Below, piece after piece: positions 48,801-62,070 of a stretch of 64,000 bases of DNA. The notes under the pieces were generated by a model that was not told the DNA's origin, did not search any database, and saw nothing but the letters and a program-made list of their open reading frames with translations. The position numbers and the translations under genes were made by a program. Source of the stretch: Antedon mediterranea (lineage: Eukaryota; Animalia; Echinodermata); assembly GCF_964355755.1 (NCBI RefSeq), contig NC_092677.1, positions 22,369,175 to 22,433,174 on the forward strand, written 5' to 3'. How positions within the stretch are numbered: the first letter of the stretch is position 1; each line of letters opens with the position of its first letter.

Positions 48801-51523
48801 GGGGTGTGCGTTTATTTGAGGGAGCTGTTTATTTTGGCCAGGCGTTAATTTTTTTGGTGTGCAATATGGTAAAATGTATAATCAAAAGAATACAGTACCG
48901 CTAGATATGAACAAAAACACAATTAATATCAAGAAGTTATCAAATGCAGTAAAAATTGTATCGAAATGGAAATGTGTTATACAATATTGTGTATAATATG
49001 CATAATGGTAGGGCGTTTATTTGAGAAAATAAATAAACGCCAGGGAGGTGTTTATTCCAAATGATGTTCTATAGGAATGTTTATTTAAACCGGGGCATTT
49101 ATTCAAATAAATACGATAAGTGGCAATTAATTCAATTCATTACTTAAATTTGTTTCTTTTGAAATATTTGTAATATTCTTATGTATGTTTTTATAATTTT
49201 TATTTCAAAACTACTTTATAATAATAATAAATGAGGCCTGGCATCACAAAAGCGGCGTAGAGTCGCAACCCAAACTTTTGAGATATTTAGCCTTGAAGTT
49301 CAGAATGTAAAAAACGGCCTAACCTATCCATTTAAAAATTTTAATAAAAAACGATAAAACACTTATCTTCAACATCAAACTCTTGTTCATGAAAAAATAT
49401 CAAAAGTATGTGTATTTTGCAATTGTTTAAAGTCGTTTCCATTGAAAATCATTAGGAAATTGTATTTTTGTTCACTCAACCGTTAACCCGGTTGTTTGGT
49501 ACTGTACCTATCTGTTCGAAAATATATCAGCTACCATAATTTTTAACAACCTAAGTGATTTTATTAAATCTATAGAGATAATTTACGCTCTCTGATTGCC
49601 TGATGCTTTTGTTTACGATGAAACAGCATGGCTTCCACCGTAGTTTCTCAAATGAACGTTTCAACATTTTGTGAATATTTAGGAATTTATTTTATATTAT
49701 CTTTTGTGATATATTTTCGACTAGTTTGCCGTTATTGAGAAGAAAATAGTGAGTTTTGACAGAGAGTCTTGTCGCGTTGATCGGTGGGCTAGACCAGGCC
49801 CAGCTAATCGGCGTCGCTACTTCATTGTTGATTTTCTCAAAATGAATGTTTCCTGAGCTAGAAAGTGACTCGTATGTTTTCTTTAATAACTCTTCATATA
49901 ATAAACCATTTTTAATAAACAACAGCTCATTTCAAAGCCTATTAATATAGATTACGAATATATAAAAATCTAAAAAATTATTATTTCCGACACTACACCA
50001 ATTTTGTGACTTTGATCAAAACGCTTAACATAATTTTTTAGATATAAAAATAGAGATCTCAATGAATCAAATGACATAGGAAATATATAAATATATAAAA
50101 AATCCACTCATCAACTACTGTTTTATAGGCCCAATAATATATCACTAAACACAGTAAAACATTTACGATTTAATACTTTTTTAAAACTGTCCCTGTTATA
50201 GTTGATTGAAATAGTGAAGTACATTTAACGATACACCACTACGACGTTTATATTTTTTATAATTATTAATTAATACAAACGTTGAGAAGCAACTGTCAGT
50301 AATAAAGTTTTTATTTGTATATTATGTGTTTATATATCCAGCAGTAGAGCCTACCCACAGCAGTAATAAATGTTCTGTGTATATGTGTTTAAATATCTAA
50401 CAGTAACCACATTCACAGTAAGAAAATTTCGATTCAACTGGCGACCAAAATGGTTAATGTGTATTTACATTATTAGGGAGGTTTCGCAACCATACGAATA
50501 CGATAATGAAAACGGATACATCACACATTTGTGAAACTTTTGAGCTGATCCCCATTTCATATTCGTAAGGCGTATTCGTGTTGACGAATATCACCAGTCA
50601 TATTCGTAACTACAAAACGAGTATAGTTTTTGATCTATTTTGCACATTTTGCATTTGAATCAGGAATGATTCATGATTATAATATAATTATACTTTTATT
50701 GAAAGTAATTTACTAAAGTAATTTACTAAAATGCCAGGTTAATTTTGATAAATAGCAGTTTTTAAATTCCTCACTCGCTTTGATGTTACGCTAAGCCTAG
50801 GCAGCTGGCCAAGCACCAAGCAACACGTACCTGCGCTTCGCTCAAATATTTCGTTGCCATGCGAAACAGATTTTTACGTATCCCTATTGTCAAAGTATTG
50901 CAATACTATATCTCAGTTTGAAGTTCTCCAAGGGCCCATAAATTTACCTACTTGTGTTAAACCAAGGGCTCATAAATTTACCTACAAACTAGTATAGGAG
51001 TCTGAGAGATTGGAATGTTCCATTCATCGCAAACCAATACACTTGTATAAACGTATATTAAATTTATCAAAATAGTATTTTTTAAAGAAAGTCTTCTTGT
51101 TGAGCTGTTCAACCGGTTTTCAGCTATTAAAAACAATTATCGTAGGAGGAGAAGGAAAATGCAAAGCATCCTCGCATTATTGTGTGCAGGTTTGTTTTCA
51201 AGAGGACATCCATTAGACAGTGTATACCACGACCGGAAAACACTCTATTTGGGGCAAATCGTTAACCTAAATTCGTTTTAATTGTCAATAACTAATTTTC
51301 TAACTCAATTTAATTAGGTGGTTAAAATCAGTACCGAGATTCTAACCATCGATCGAGTAAACATTCTAGAAATAACGCGCAATTTACCAAAGTTTGCCAT
51401 TGCGTAAATTTATATATAGATACGGTACTGTACATTTTCCAGATCATGTCTTAATTAACTGCAATACAGAAATGAATGTGAAACATAGCTAACAAATTTA
51501 AAAATGATTTTTTTTTGTTTTAG

Positions 51524-51685
51524 GCCAAGTATTTAAGTCAATATCCAAGGAAGCAACCAAGTTATCTGTACTTTTTTCAAAGCCGCCTGTTCCTACTGTA
51601 GAAGAATGCCAATCAATGCTAAATTCCCTAGAAATGAATGCTGTTGCACTCATATCAGTTTTCTATGGATTACCAAAGAATAGAG
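51524..51685 (+). CDS. CCNDBP1: CCNDBP1-like coding exon 2
   Basis: ttttag|, QVFKSISKEATKLSVLFSKPPVPTVEECQSMLNSLEMNAVALISVFYGLPKNR, G|gtagaa; phase 1 to 1. Matches the SREATTL...FSQLPLP...YYLLPKDQG segment as I recall it. Confidence 0.9.
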
Positions 51686-51961
51686 GTAGAAACTGACTGA
51701 ATATTTATTATTCCTATAATTACTTTACACTATAAAAATTAAAGTAAACTGTAAAATGGTGGTTTATTTTACTTTATTTAATATCAACTTTATCAATTGT
51801 CTACGCTAAGTAGTTTAAATTAAAACTTAACATAATTTTTTATTTTGTATCTGGATTTGGAAGGATTCGATTTCATAAATTGTATAACAATATGGTGCTT
51901 GCTTTTGCTAGCGAACAAACCATACAAATCTATTGACACTTTAAACAAAATCTTTTTTCAG

Positions 51962-52058
51962 GAATTGTTCTTAGAAAGTCTACTAAACAGGCTGTTGTTA
52001 ATATTGTAGAAGCTGTACAATTATTAGTTTCTAAGATTAAAACTAACCAATATCAATC
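51962..52058 (+). CDS. CCNDBP1: CCNDBP1-like coding exon 3
   Basis: tttcag|, GIVLRKSTKQAVVNIVEAVQLLVSKIKTNQYQS, |gtaagt; phase 1 to 2. Confidence 0.9.
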
Positions 52059-52366
52059 GTAAGTATACCAAACTGAATATGTTGATTACCTCTAACTAAA
52101 GAAAACAAAATTAAATCCAATATGAATCAAGTGAATGATAGAAAGAAGGACAAAGCCCATAGTCAAGGTTTAAACAAATCTCATTTTAGGCTTTTCAAAC
52201 AGCAGCCAAATAGACTGGAAAAACCTAGCTCATAATGATTTTTACTCCTTTTGTGGAAAAAATGGCGCGGCACTCGGACGCTAAAACTATAAATGTACAC
52301 AATTGCTAAAATTGTACATTTTGACAAACTTTTAGGATTTTAATAGAAACTTACAACTATAACTAT

Positions 52367-53243
52367 AACTAGTTAGGCTATCGCGCAACGCATCGTAACA
52401 AGCACATGCTATTTATTAGGCTTAGTCTATAGTAGGCTGTACCATTTTAAAATTCAGATGGCCATATGATGACATCATAACATATTTATGATCTAAATTT
52501 CACATGAATTCATATCTACAACTCATTGCGTTTTATAATAAGTTAAAAAAATAGGGGGTAACCAGCCATCCTGAAGAGCTGTAATTGATTCAAAATAGGC
52601 ATATTTTTACACAAATTTGCATAAAATTAACCATTTTCAGGTTTGACGTGCACGTGTGTCATTGTTTTACATTCATAATTCATCAAATATGAAAGAAATG
52701 TATCACAAAAATATATAGAACAATAATCAAGCGCTAAAACGGGCTTTCTAGGCTGCATACGTGCTAATTGCTCAAAAGCGCGCGCGCAATGCAATTCTTT
52801 TTTAAAAAAGTGAAATGCTTAAAATGTCCTGAAACGTGTAGAAAGTTGATTAGAAATTGATTTTGAGCATTTTTCACTTTAAAAGCGCGCGTACGCTCGA
52901 TTTGACTAAGGTTAAAAATGTTGCTGATGATACAGAAAGATGACCCTTGACATGAAGCATAAGTGTGTCAAGTAGTATTTAAAAATATGTATTGATTTTA
53001 AATTTATAGTCAATTTAAAAATTTCAGAAAATCGCGCGTAGTTACGCTATGCGACCATATTTTCATTAAACCAAAGTTTGTTGCACAACTACATATATAC
53101 GTGCATCTGCTGGCAAAGTTACAACATAAATGCTACCACTGTTTTTGAGATCTGCTGCAGACAAAAAATGAGCAGAAAAAATATTAAATCTTTGACAATA
53201 ACAATAGGCTATTGCTCTACAGAGACAGAGAGCGATAGCCTAA
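52367..53243 (+). mobile_element. HINE-like element
   Basis: 5' ttaggctatcgc is complementary to the 3' hairpin taggctattgctct...agagcgatagcctaa, followed by (taa)n. Confidence 0.55.
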
Positions 53244-54627
53244 TAATAATTTAAATTTATACCTACTGTAGAAGCCATATCCAAGTACAGTGACCATTTT
53301 TTTTTGGTTTAACTATAAGAGTTAAAAACCAAATATTAAAATAATATTTTGGGTTACATTTACACTTTCTAAATAATTTTGGTGTAGATTTTATAGACCT
53401 TTGACCTTATAATGTACTTTAAAGTAAATTTAAAGTAATTAGTATTAATAATGTAATATTAGTTTATTAAATTGTATAAAAACATGTTTGAGTTGTATTC
53501 ATAACCCACTGAAAATTCATGAAAGAGAATATTATTATTCTCTTTCAGGAATTTCCAGAGTCTTTAAAAGCTACTACCTATCAACTCAAGGCGTCATGTC
53601 AAAATTTTTAAAAACGATGACTATGTGTTAAACGCGTATTCTATTGCGCTATAAACTTGACCGTGATGTGATGTGAAAAACATGAATATGCACAGCTCAT
53701 ATATAGCTCCACCTCCCTCCCAGTGCATGTTTGCAAAATATTGCTGAATATTTGCATAAACGCGATTAACCATAACGATAATAACTCGTTTTCTTCGTTA
53801 CACACGTTTTATTCGCTTAAAAAAAAATAATGCACCTGTGACGTCACAGCAATTTACGGCAACGGCTGTGCGGCGATATCCTTAATCTCGCGATGGTTCT
53901 GAAATCATATGTACATCCCTAATACGTTGTTAAAATATGGTCCTCGGTCAAGTTGTCCTTTAAAGTATAATTTAATTATACAGCTAAGCCAGCTCAGACC
54001 TCCGACCAAAAGCTAGGCCCCAAGAGCTTGGCTGTCGCAGTAGCCAATCACTCCGATCCCCCGGTCACCACTCATTCCCGCCGCAATTTATACCAAACTA
54101 CTAAACAAAAAATGCTTTTTTATTGTATACAGTCCTTAATAATATTGGATGGTTAGAATTTAATCCCTCCTACATGGTAGTTATGTTTATGATAAAACAA
54201 AATGCAATAAAAATGAGGTAAATGCCACCGAGCGAATTATTCATTAGCCTTATAGTTAGTCTTGAAGGTTTTTCAATCATAATACATTACAACCTCACTT
54301 TTAATTAATATTTTAACTACTCCCTGTAATGCAAAATTACTGTAACAATACAAACTGCTTTAACTCTTGGACGACATCTATATCTATAAAGTAACAAAAA
54401 CTTAATTATTTACTAGTTTAAGTTAAAGTGCTAAGCGATATATCCCCAGTATAAAAGTAAAATTAAAAGGATTCTATTTTCTATACTGTATAGATTTCAC
54501 TTCTATAGCTTTTATTCATTGAATTAACTAATTTTAATGTAAGATGATCACTGATGATTTTGTTGTTCTTATTGATCATGATTACCCAAGTTAAAATTGC
54601 AACATTTTATTTGCACACTGTAGGTGC

Positions 54628-55589
54628 TAGTCTGGGCTCCAGACGGAGTTTTGTAAAAATATAAATATTTTTGCACATATGGCGTTTCATACGTGTATTA
54701 CTTGAGTTTGGATACTCCGTCTGGGGAAACACGCATAAGTCACGTGGTTTGACACCAAGAATTCTTGGTGCATAAATTATCCAGTTGACTAGTTTCAGCC
54801 GCATGCCATTGGCTACTCACTCGTACGTCGTTTTAATATTCATATTTCAGAATTTCAAAGACTCAACGTCTAAGACGATGCGCATGCGCTATGTTACGTT
54901 TAGACAATGTGTACTTGGGTACATTGATGAAAGTTTCTGAAGGCTAAAAATGATTTTATATGCCTAGTAGTCTGGTAAACATTTGATGAGATTTTTCCCA
55001 AGAACATGAAAACTCGTCGTGATATGATAGGCTAGCTTATCCGCCAAATCAAACATTGAATGGATCATTTATTATGCGGAGAAAATTTGATTTAATTCCC
55101 ACCCAGACCCTGTCCTGTTCTGTGTGGTGGTGTAGCCCTGTTGTGTGCCGGACGTCGGTGGTGGTATGTACCTTATTGGCGTTTTATTTGGAAGGTCATA
55201 CGTACGAGTTGAGTAGCCCTACGAACCCGCCTACGAAGGAGGCCTAGGCCAGAACAATTAATAAACAAAACAACTTGGCAACACGATTTTATATTTCAAC
55301 AGTTGTTCAGTCTCGATCGTACATTCAGCACACTGTACGTACGTACTCTATCTTTTTCATTTTGAAACAAAATGATCATTGGTTGATTCGAAATCCATAT
55401 TTACATACCGCCCGCCCCATATAGCCAAATACGGTATGATAACCTACGTCATTCTTATCGGATGTTTGCGGTTTGCAAATCGATTTCTATACGTGTTTCA
55501 CAAGTCTGTATTTTCAGACAAAAATCGCGGTCGAAATAAAAACAAATAAATTAAAAAAAGACAATAAATACAGACTTGGGGCAAGTCTA
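54628..55589 (+). mobile_element. AcademH-like non-autonomous element copy 1, 9-bp TSD
   Basis: tgtaggtgc|TAGTCTGGgctCCAGAC ... AGACTTGgggCAAGTCTA|tgtaggtgc. Confidence 0.75.
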
Positions 55590-55686
55590 TGTAGGTGCTA
55601 GACTGAGTAAAGAATTTTTATGAAGTGCCATTCACAGGAATTTACCTTGAATCTTCGAGACTTGGAGAACTGTGCTCATTTGTCCC

Positions 55687-56619
55687 TGGACTTGCCCCAA
55701 GTCTGTATTGTCTTTTTTTTATTTATTTGTTTTTATTTCGACCGCGATTTTTGTCTGAAAATACACATGAAACACGTATAGAAATCGATTTGTAGACCGC
55801 AAACATCCGATAAGAATGACATAGGTTATCATACCGTATTTGGCTATATGGGGCGGGCGGTATGTAAATATGGATTTTGAATCAACCAATGATCATTTTG
55901 TTTCAAAATGAAAAATATCGAGTACGTACAGTGCTGAATGTACGATCGAGACTGTTGAAAAATAAAATCGTTTAATTAATTGTTTAGTCCTTAGCCTAGG
56001 CCTCCTTCGTAGGTCCTACTCAACTCGCACATATAACCTGCCAAATAAAACGCCAATAAGGTAGGCCTACATACACAACAGGATTCACACACAACAGGGC
56101 TACACCACTACACAGAACAGGACAGGGTCTTGGTGGGAATTAAATCAAATTATCTCCGCGTAATAAATGATCCATTTAATGTTTGATTTGCGGAGAAGCT
56201 AGCCTATCTTATCAAGACGAGTTTTCATGTTCTTGGGAAAAATCCCATCAAATGTTTACCAGACTACTTGGCATATAAAATCATTTCTAGCCTTCAGAAA
56301 CTTTCATCAATGTACCCAAGTACACATTGTCTAAACGTAACATAGCGCATGCACACCATCAGTTGTTGAGTCTTTGAAATTCTGAAATATGAATATTAAA
56401 ACGGTGTACGAGTAACCAATCGCATGCAGCTGAAACTAGTCAACCGGATAATCGTATGCACCAAGAATTCTTGGTGTCCAACCACGTGACTTGTGCGTGT
56501 TTCCCCAGACGGAGTATCCAAAATCAAGTAGTATACGTATGAAACACCATATGTGCCAAAATATTTATCTTTTTCCTAATAATAATATTAAGACAAAACT
56601 CCGTCTGGAACCCAGACTA
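55687..56619 (-). mobile_element. AcademH-like non-autonomous element copy 2 (inverted), 9-bp TSD
   Basis: atttgtccc|tggacttgccccaagtct ... gtctggaacccagacta|atttgtccc; reverse complement of copy 1. Confidence 0.75.
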
Positions 56620-56639
56620 ATTTGTCCCTCAAACATTGT

Positions 56640-58970
56640 AGCATCCTCTTCCAACTTATACCTTCTCAATACCCGCTTTAAACTTATTGACAGAACCCCG
56701 ATAAACAACTTCACTAGGAAGGGAGTTCCAATCATTCACAATGCGAGAAGCAAAAGATTTCTTCCTTACAATTAAATTTGTTTTAGATTTATATACTTTG
56801 AATGGATGACCTCTAGTCTTAGAATATTCAGATCTCTTAAATAATCTATCAGGATCCAAAGAATCAATACCATGAACAATCTTATAGGTCTGAATAACAT
56901 AACATCTACTTTTTTTCCTAAATAATAGTGTGGGTATATTTAAAGCCCTAAACTACATATTCTTTATTTTTTTAAATTTACTACATCTCTGCTGGACCTT
57001 CTCTAGTAAATCTGAGTCTTTCTTATATCTAGGGTTTCAAACCCAGCTACCATATTCAATAACTGGTCGAATCATAGACTTATATAAATGTATATATCTC
57101 GCGCTTTTAAGATATTTAAATGATCTTTTGATCAGACTTAATCTTCTATTAGCTGCTCTCGCAACTTTAACAGAATGAGCTGAGAAATCCAGTTTCCAAT
57201 AAAAAAAAATACCAAGGTTCGATTCTACATTAACCTCTGCAATTTCAACTTGAGACAAACCTCCTTCTATATAATATTTAAACATATTATTCCCTCGACC
57301 GAAATGCATTATTTTGCATTTAAACAAATTAAAGGGTAATTGCCAATCCAGTGACCACTGGTATAAAATATCCACATTCTGCTGAAGAGTAACTCTATCC
57401 AACTCATTACTTACTACTCTATACAGCTTGGTATTGTCCCTTTTTCCCCTTTTCAAAAAGTGGCACAACATTAGCCTGTTTCCAAGAATATAACATTGAT
57501 TTATTAAATGAAACTGCTAAAATTTCACTGATTTACTCCGCTACTTCTTTCAAGACCCTGGAGTGTATACCATCAGGGCCAGGATACTTTTAAAATGCTT
57601 AAAGATGTATTGTCCCCCAAAAACATGAAATTTAATAAAGATTAATGAAATCAGACTTTGAATCGATTATTTTGTAGTCACTTTCGTTAAAAAAAAAAAC
57701 GGCAACAATTATGTTTTCACATTTCACTGACAAAATAAATGGTTAAATTCAACCAAAAATCCATTGGCTGGCAGCCAATTTGACAATTTTTTGCTTGAAA
57801 TTACATTTTATGGGTAAACACATTTGTTTTTCGATCCAATTTTTGTTCAAAGTGGGTAAATATTAGGTGACATTAAAATGGCATATTAACAAAATTATTT
57901 TTTCATCTCCATTAAATTCCATGAAATGTAAGCCAGACTCATCACGATCAGGTAGGACTGGGGACCCAACAGTAAAAACACTGGAAAATGCCTTATTAGA
58001 TACTTCTGCTTTTAATTTATTTGAACCAACAGAAATTCCATTCTCATAAACTAAATGTGGAATAGACTCCTTTACCCTAGTCTAACTCTTGACATATTTC
58101 CAAAAAGCCTTAGGATTTAACTTAGACTCTGATGCTATCTTAGATTCTAAAGTTGCTTGAGCATTACGAACTTCTAAAGTAACTTTGTTTCAGCACCTAA
58201 CATACTCTCATCTTGACTCTTTATCTCCTTTATTCTGATATTGATTCCAGGCCTTATGTTTTAATTTAATGGCATATTCCACATCTTTGTTCATCCACTG
58301 CTTCTTATTATAAGATGACCTGGTTCTCAATGGGACAACATTTTCTACACATTCTTGGATTGTGTTTTCAATTAATAAAGATAAATCCTCAGCATTAAAT
58401 GTATCAAAAAATTGCAGTAAATTCAAATCCCTTATGTACTTCCTCATACCGTCATGATCTCCCTTATAATAATTTCCTACTATAGTATATGAACAATCCA
58501 CACCAAACATTAACAGAACGTGGTCACTAAGACCCAATGGGAGAGAACATTCTAAATTCCTAATAAAACTTATCGTGCATAAAAATTAAATCTAAAATAC
58601 TAGGTTCCTTCTATTTATTCTCATCTGCAGAATTCGAACTTCTATATATACACAACCAATCAACAAAGTTTCCTTCGAACAGAGTTTTAGATGAATCCAA
58701 ATGGATTCCACAAACTCATTAAATCTCACTTCTGAAACGGAAATGCCTTCTTCAACAAAAATACCAGTGCCACGCAACGAATTCTGTGACAAAAATAACT
58801 GAAAGCCCTCTATGCAAAGATTAACAAAATCTACAACGGTGGATACGTTCTTGGGCAACATTTCTGTAAAAAAAAATAAAATCAGGATTTTCTAATGTCA
58901 CTCGTGCAATTAACTCTTCTTTCTTATTAAGCATTGACGCACAATTGGTTTACATGCATCTAAAGTTGTC
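56640..58970 (-). mobile_element. Degraded CR1-clade LINE (endonuclease, partial RT, C-terminus)
   Basis: ESIWIHL..LLIGCVY; LGLSDHVLL; GPDGIHSRVLKE; WSLDWQLPFN..KCKIMHFG; LYKSMIRPVIEY; KTRGH.FK...RIVNDWNSLP. Many stops and frameshifts. Confidence 0.85.
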
Positions 58971-60122
58971 AGTATTCTTATAAGAAACTTCTGCATAACT
59001 ATCACTAAGTCCCTCCTTGTTCCAACCTTGTTTTAAGTACAGTACCTTTTAGGCGCGCCTAGCCTATTGGGGGTAGCCATAACAAAGATCGTTTGCGCGA
59101 CTATATATAGACTGTATTCGGGGTTAATATTCTTATCATTATATATATTTTTATGACGCACTGTTGGGGAGCGCTATTTTAGGCGCTCCTTTGATCGTTT
59201 TCAGGAGCGCCAGCGCCATGGAACTCCTTTTAAATCAAGGTCTGAGAACCGCACTTGAGCTTATGCACACGAGATCAACAAAATTTTATTTAACAATTAT
59301 ATAAACACAATTTCCAACCAACTTTGTGCTACTAACTCTATATTAGACAATCACTCAAAAATACTAATGTATATTTAGTCTGGAATATACAAATCACTGA
59401 AAATTCGAACACACCTGGTCTGGCCGACATGCGTCCTCTAGGAAGAGATTGTTTATGTAGTTAAGTTATGCAAGCATTCACATCAGTGCTGATCCACATC
59501 ATTGTTCATTTGACTAGTCTATTGTATCTATACCTATTGTCTGTGTGATATTTTAATGGAAATTGTATTCTATTCTACATAAAAGTTGTTTCTTTGGTAA
59601 AAGTGAACAAATTCCAGGCTTACATTACATACAATTTCTCTTGTTGACATAGGTTGCATCGTTTATAATACTGTATTAGAATGGCTCACTTTCTTCCATT
59701 TATGATGTTTGATGTTCTAGTTTTCAAACATATTGACTGAGTGCTATACCAAGTTTTATACATTCCACTACGGAAAGAACTTGTATGTTCAATTAATTAC
59801 TTTATTTTTAAAAAATGTTACTCATTCAAAACCAACAGCGATAATTACCGCCATTTACAGGTTCGATACATACAATACATCAAAAACATGTAACAATAAA
59901 ATAAACATAATGATATTATCATTAAACCCGCTGATAAAGACTTTGCTATTATTGCTAAGAGGAGTCCCTAAGACAAGTAAACAATCCTTTTCGTTATCGT
60001 AAACTTGCAATGGACTGGAACTTGCCGATAATGTGGTAAAATCTGTTTCTTTGATGGTCAAGAAACATCCATCGATCCAAATATTGGACCTCATTTGGCA
60101 CAGGTCAATCCAGTTCGAGGCG

Positions 60123-60376
60123 GATTTTACTTTCTTATATCTAAATTCACAAAGCAGAATATCCTGCTAGACCCATCATTTCGAGCAATAGCACTGCTAC
60201 AGAGAAAATTTCTGAATATGTGGATGATTTACTTACCATATGTCACTGATATCCCGTAATACAATTTACATTCAGGACTCCACAGACTTAAAATTAACCA
60301 GATTCAAAATAATATCGTTCTGGCTACATTAGATGTTTGATCATTGTATACTAACTAACTCTCATGATGAGGAGGG
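60123..60376 (+). mobile_element. Penelope-like element reverse transcriptase fragment
   Basis: KIHKAEYPARPIISSNSTATEKISEYVDDLL...YIQDSTD...LATLDV*SLYTN..HDE across frameshifts. Confidence 0.7.
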
Positions 60377-60836
60377 AAAGTGACCCAAATACTTAGTGTC
60401 CGAACCCCTGAATATTTAATGAGTAAAATTAATGAGCTGGTTTCAGATGTTCAATGCGTTAAACAACAGAGAATTCTGGACCAACATGAGACCATGTTTC
60501 ACGCAGAATCGTCGTTTTTAAAGTCACTTTCATATTAAATATGAAATTGAAAAGCAGTTTCTAGGTAGTAACCTTTAAAGACATTTGTAAAAACCTGCTC
60601 AAATACCATAGCTTTTGTAAGACCATAACTAAATCATTGTTACCAACAATAATGCATTAATTGCCGACAATGAGTATTTTATCATAATTAAAGGTGGCCA
60701 CAACTATACTTGAATAGGGACTGTAGCAGTAATATTAAGTAAACAGCAAACATATTATAAATAATATTATTTTTTCTTGGTTGTTACTCTTCTTTATTCA
60801 CTTGTTTTGATAATTTCTTTTGCAATTTGTATACAG

Positions 60837-60984
60837 ATCAGAAAGTCAGCTTCAGTCAACTGGTAGTGTTTGGGAAGTATGTGATCTATTTGACAGTCTT
60901 CCTAAAAACAACAAAACAGCTGTCCTCATTAAAATAAACCAAGTGAAAGATTTAGTGAAAGATGCAGTGTTGGAATTAGAAGAG
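60837..60984 (+). CDS. CCNDBP1: CCNDBP1-like coding exon 4
   Basis: atacag|, SESQLQSTGSVWEVCDLFDSLPKNNKTAVLIKINQVKDLVKDAVLELEE, |gtatat; phase 2 to 0. SVW.AC...P.DNK.A...VKDA.EE pattern. Confidence 0.9.
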
Positions 60985-61755
60985 GTATATATTATAAAAT
61001 AATATAAATATAAATATACAGTCACATAGAAAAATAAAAAAAACAAGACACTGAGCTTGCTTGCCAAAATAGGCTATCGTAACAGACTTTGATCTGCGAT
61101 TAGGCCTCGAAGAATACAAAGCTGTCAAATTCTAGGCTATGTATACCATACATTGAATTGTTTTTATTGCTATTTGATTGTATTTTGGTTCTCTGTGTCT
61201 GATTTTTTTTACAAATATGAAGTTTAGAAGGCATCTAATTTTTAAAATTAATTTGATTGAAGTACGCACCACATTTCAGATTTAACCGGTGCGCGTCTGG
61301 TGCTAGCTCATAAATAATTAAATTTGCGTCAATTTGTAGGCCTAATAGATTTTGTTTTTGTAGAATGGCCATCACGATAGGGCAATTATTAGCACAGAGT
61401 AGTGGCAATATGTAGTGTAAATAAAAACCTATAAAACTAAATGACCGGAACACAACAGAAGCAAACACATGTGCACGCATGACATGTTTTTCGTCGGTGG
61501 TGCCTGCCTTTTTTTTCCTAAAAAAGTGCGACCTCTATTTTATGTCTTTAAATATTGCGCCTTTCAATCTGTTACCTTTCACACAGAAAACCGTAAAATT
61601 ACCGTAATATTACCTTCTGTGAGAATGGGTCTAGACTGGCAATAACGTCAGCTTACTTACCACGATATTGCCACAGTTCTGTGTGATAGTAAATACTGTA
61701 ATGTTTTACTAAATTCTTTACATTATGCTAAAACAAAATTGCTTGTATCATTTAG

Positions 61756-62070
61756 GCTGTGGTGTCTGATAGCCAAGGGGATGACTGGCAAGGATTTGAA
61801 GACCTTGGACTAGACAACAGTAATGAAAATTATACCTGGTCTGAGAAAGATAAGGACGTATTGCTATCATGTATTGGCCTGCTAAAGGTCACTAGAACAT
61901 GCCTTAAGAAAGTTACATTAGCATTGAAAGAGAATGCGCAGTGGGAGGAAGAGCATCATGTGGCACAGCTTGATGATATTGCAGATATTTGTTTGACTGT
62001 TAGTCCTGCAGTTGATGAACTAGCTGAGTCTTTATATCCACCAATGAAATATGAGAATGTTACTATCAGG
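61756..62070 (+). CDS. CCNDBP1: CCNDBP1-like coding exon 5; last exon(s) not located in the window
   Basis: atttag|, AVVSD...WSEKDKDVL..CIGLLKV...VAQLDDIADIC..VSPAVDELAESLYPPM...IR, |gtatgg; phase 0 to 0. Confidence 0.92.

Noticed and set aside
59733-60094. Overlapping 80-90 aa ORFs in the CCNDBP1 intron
   Set aside because: No recognisable motif or convincing splice signals; probably decayed repeat sequence.
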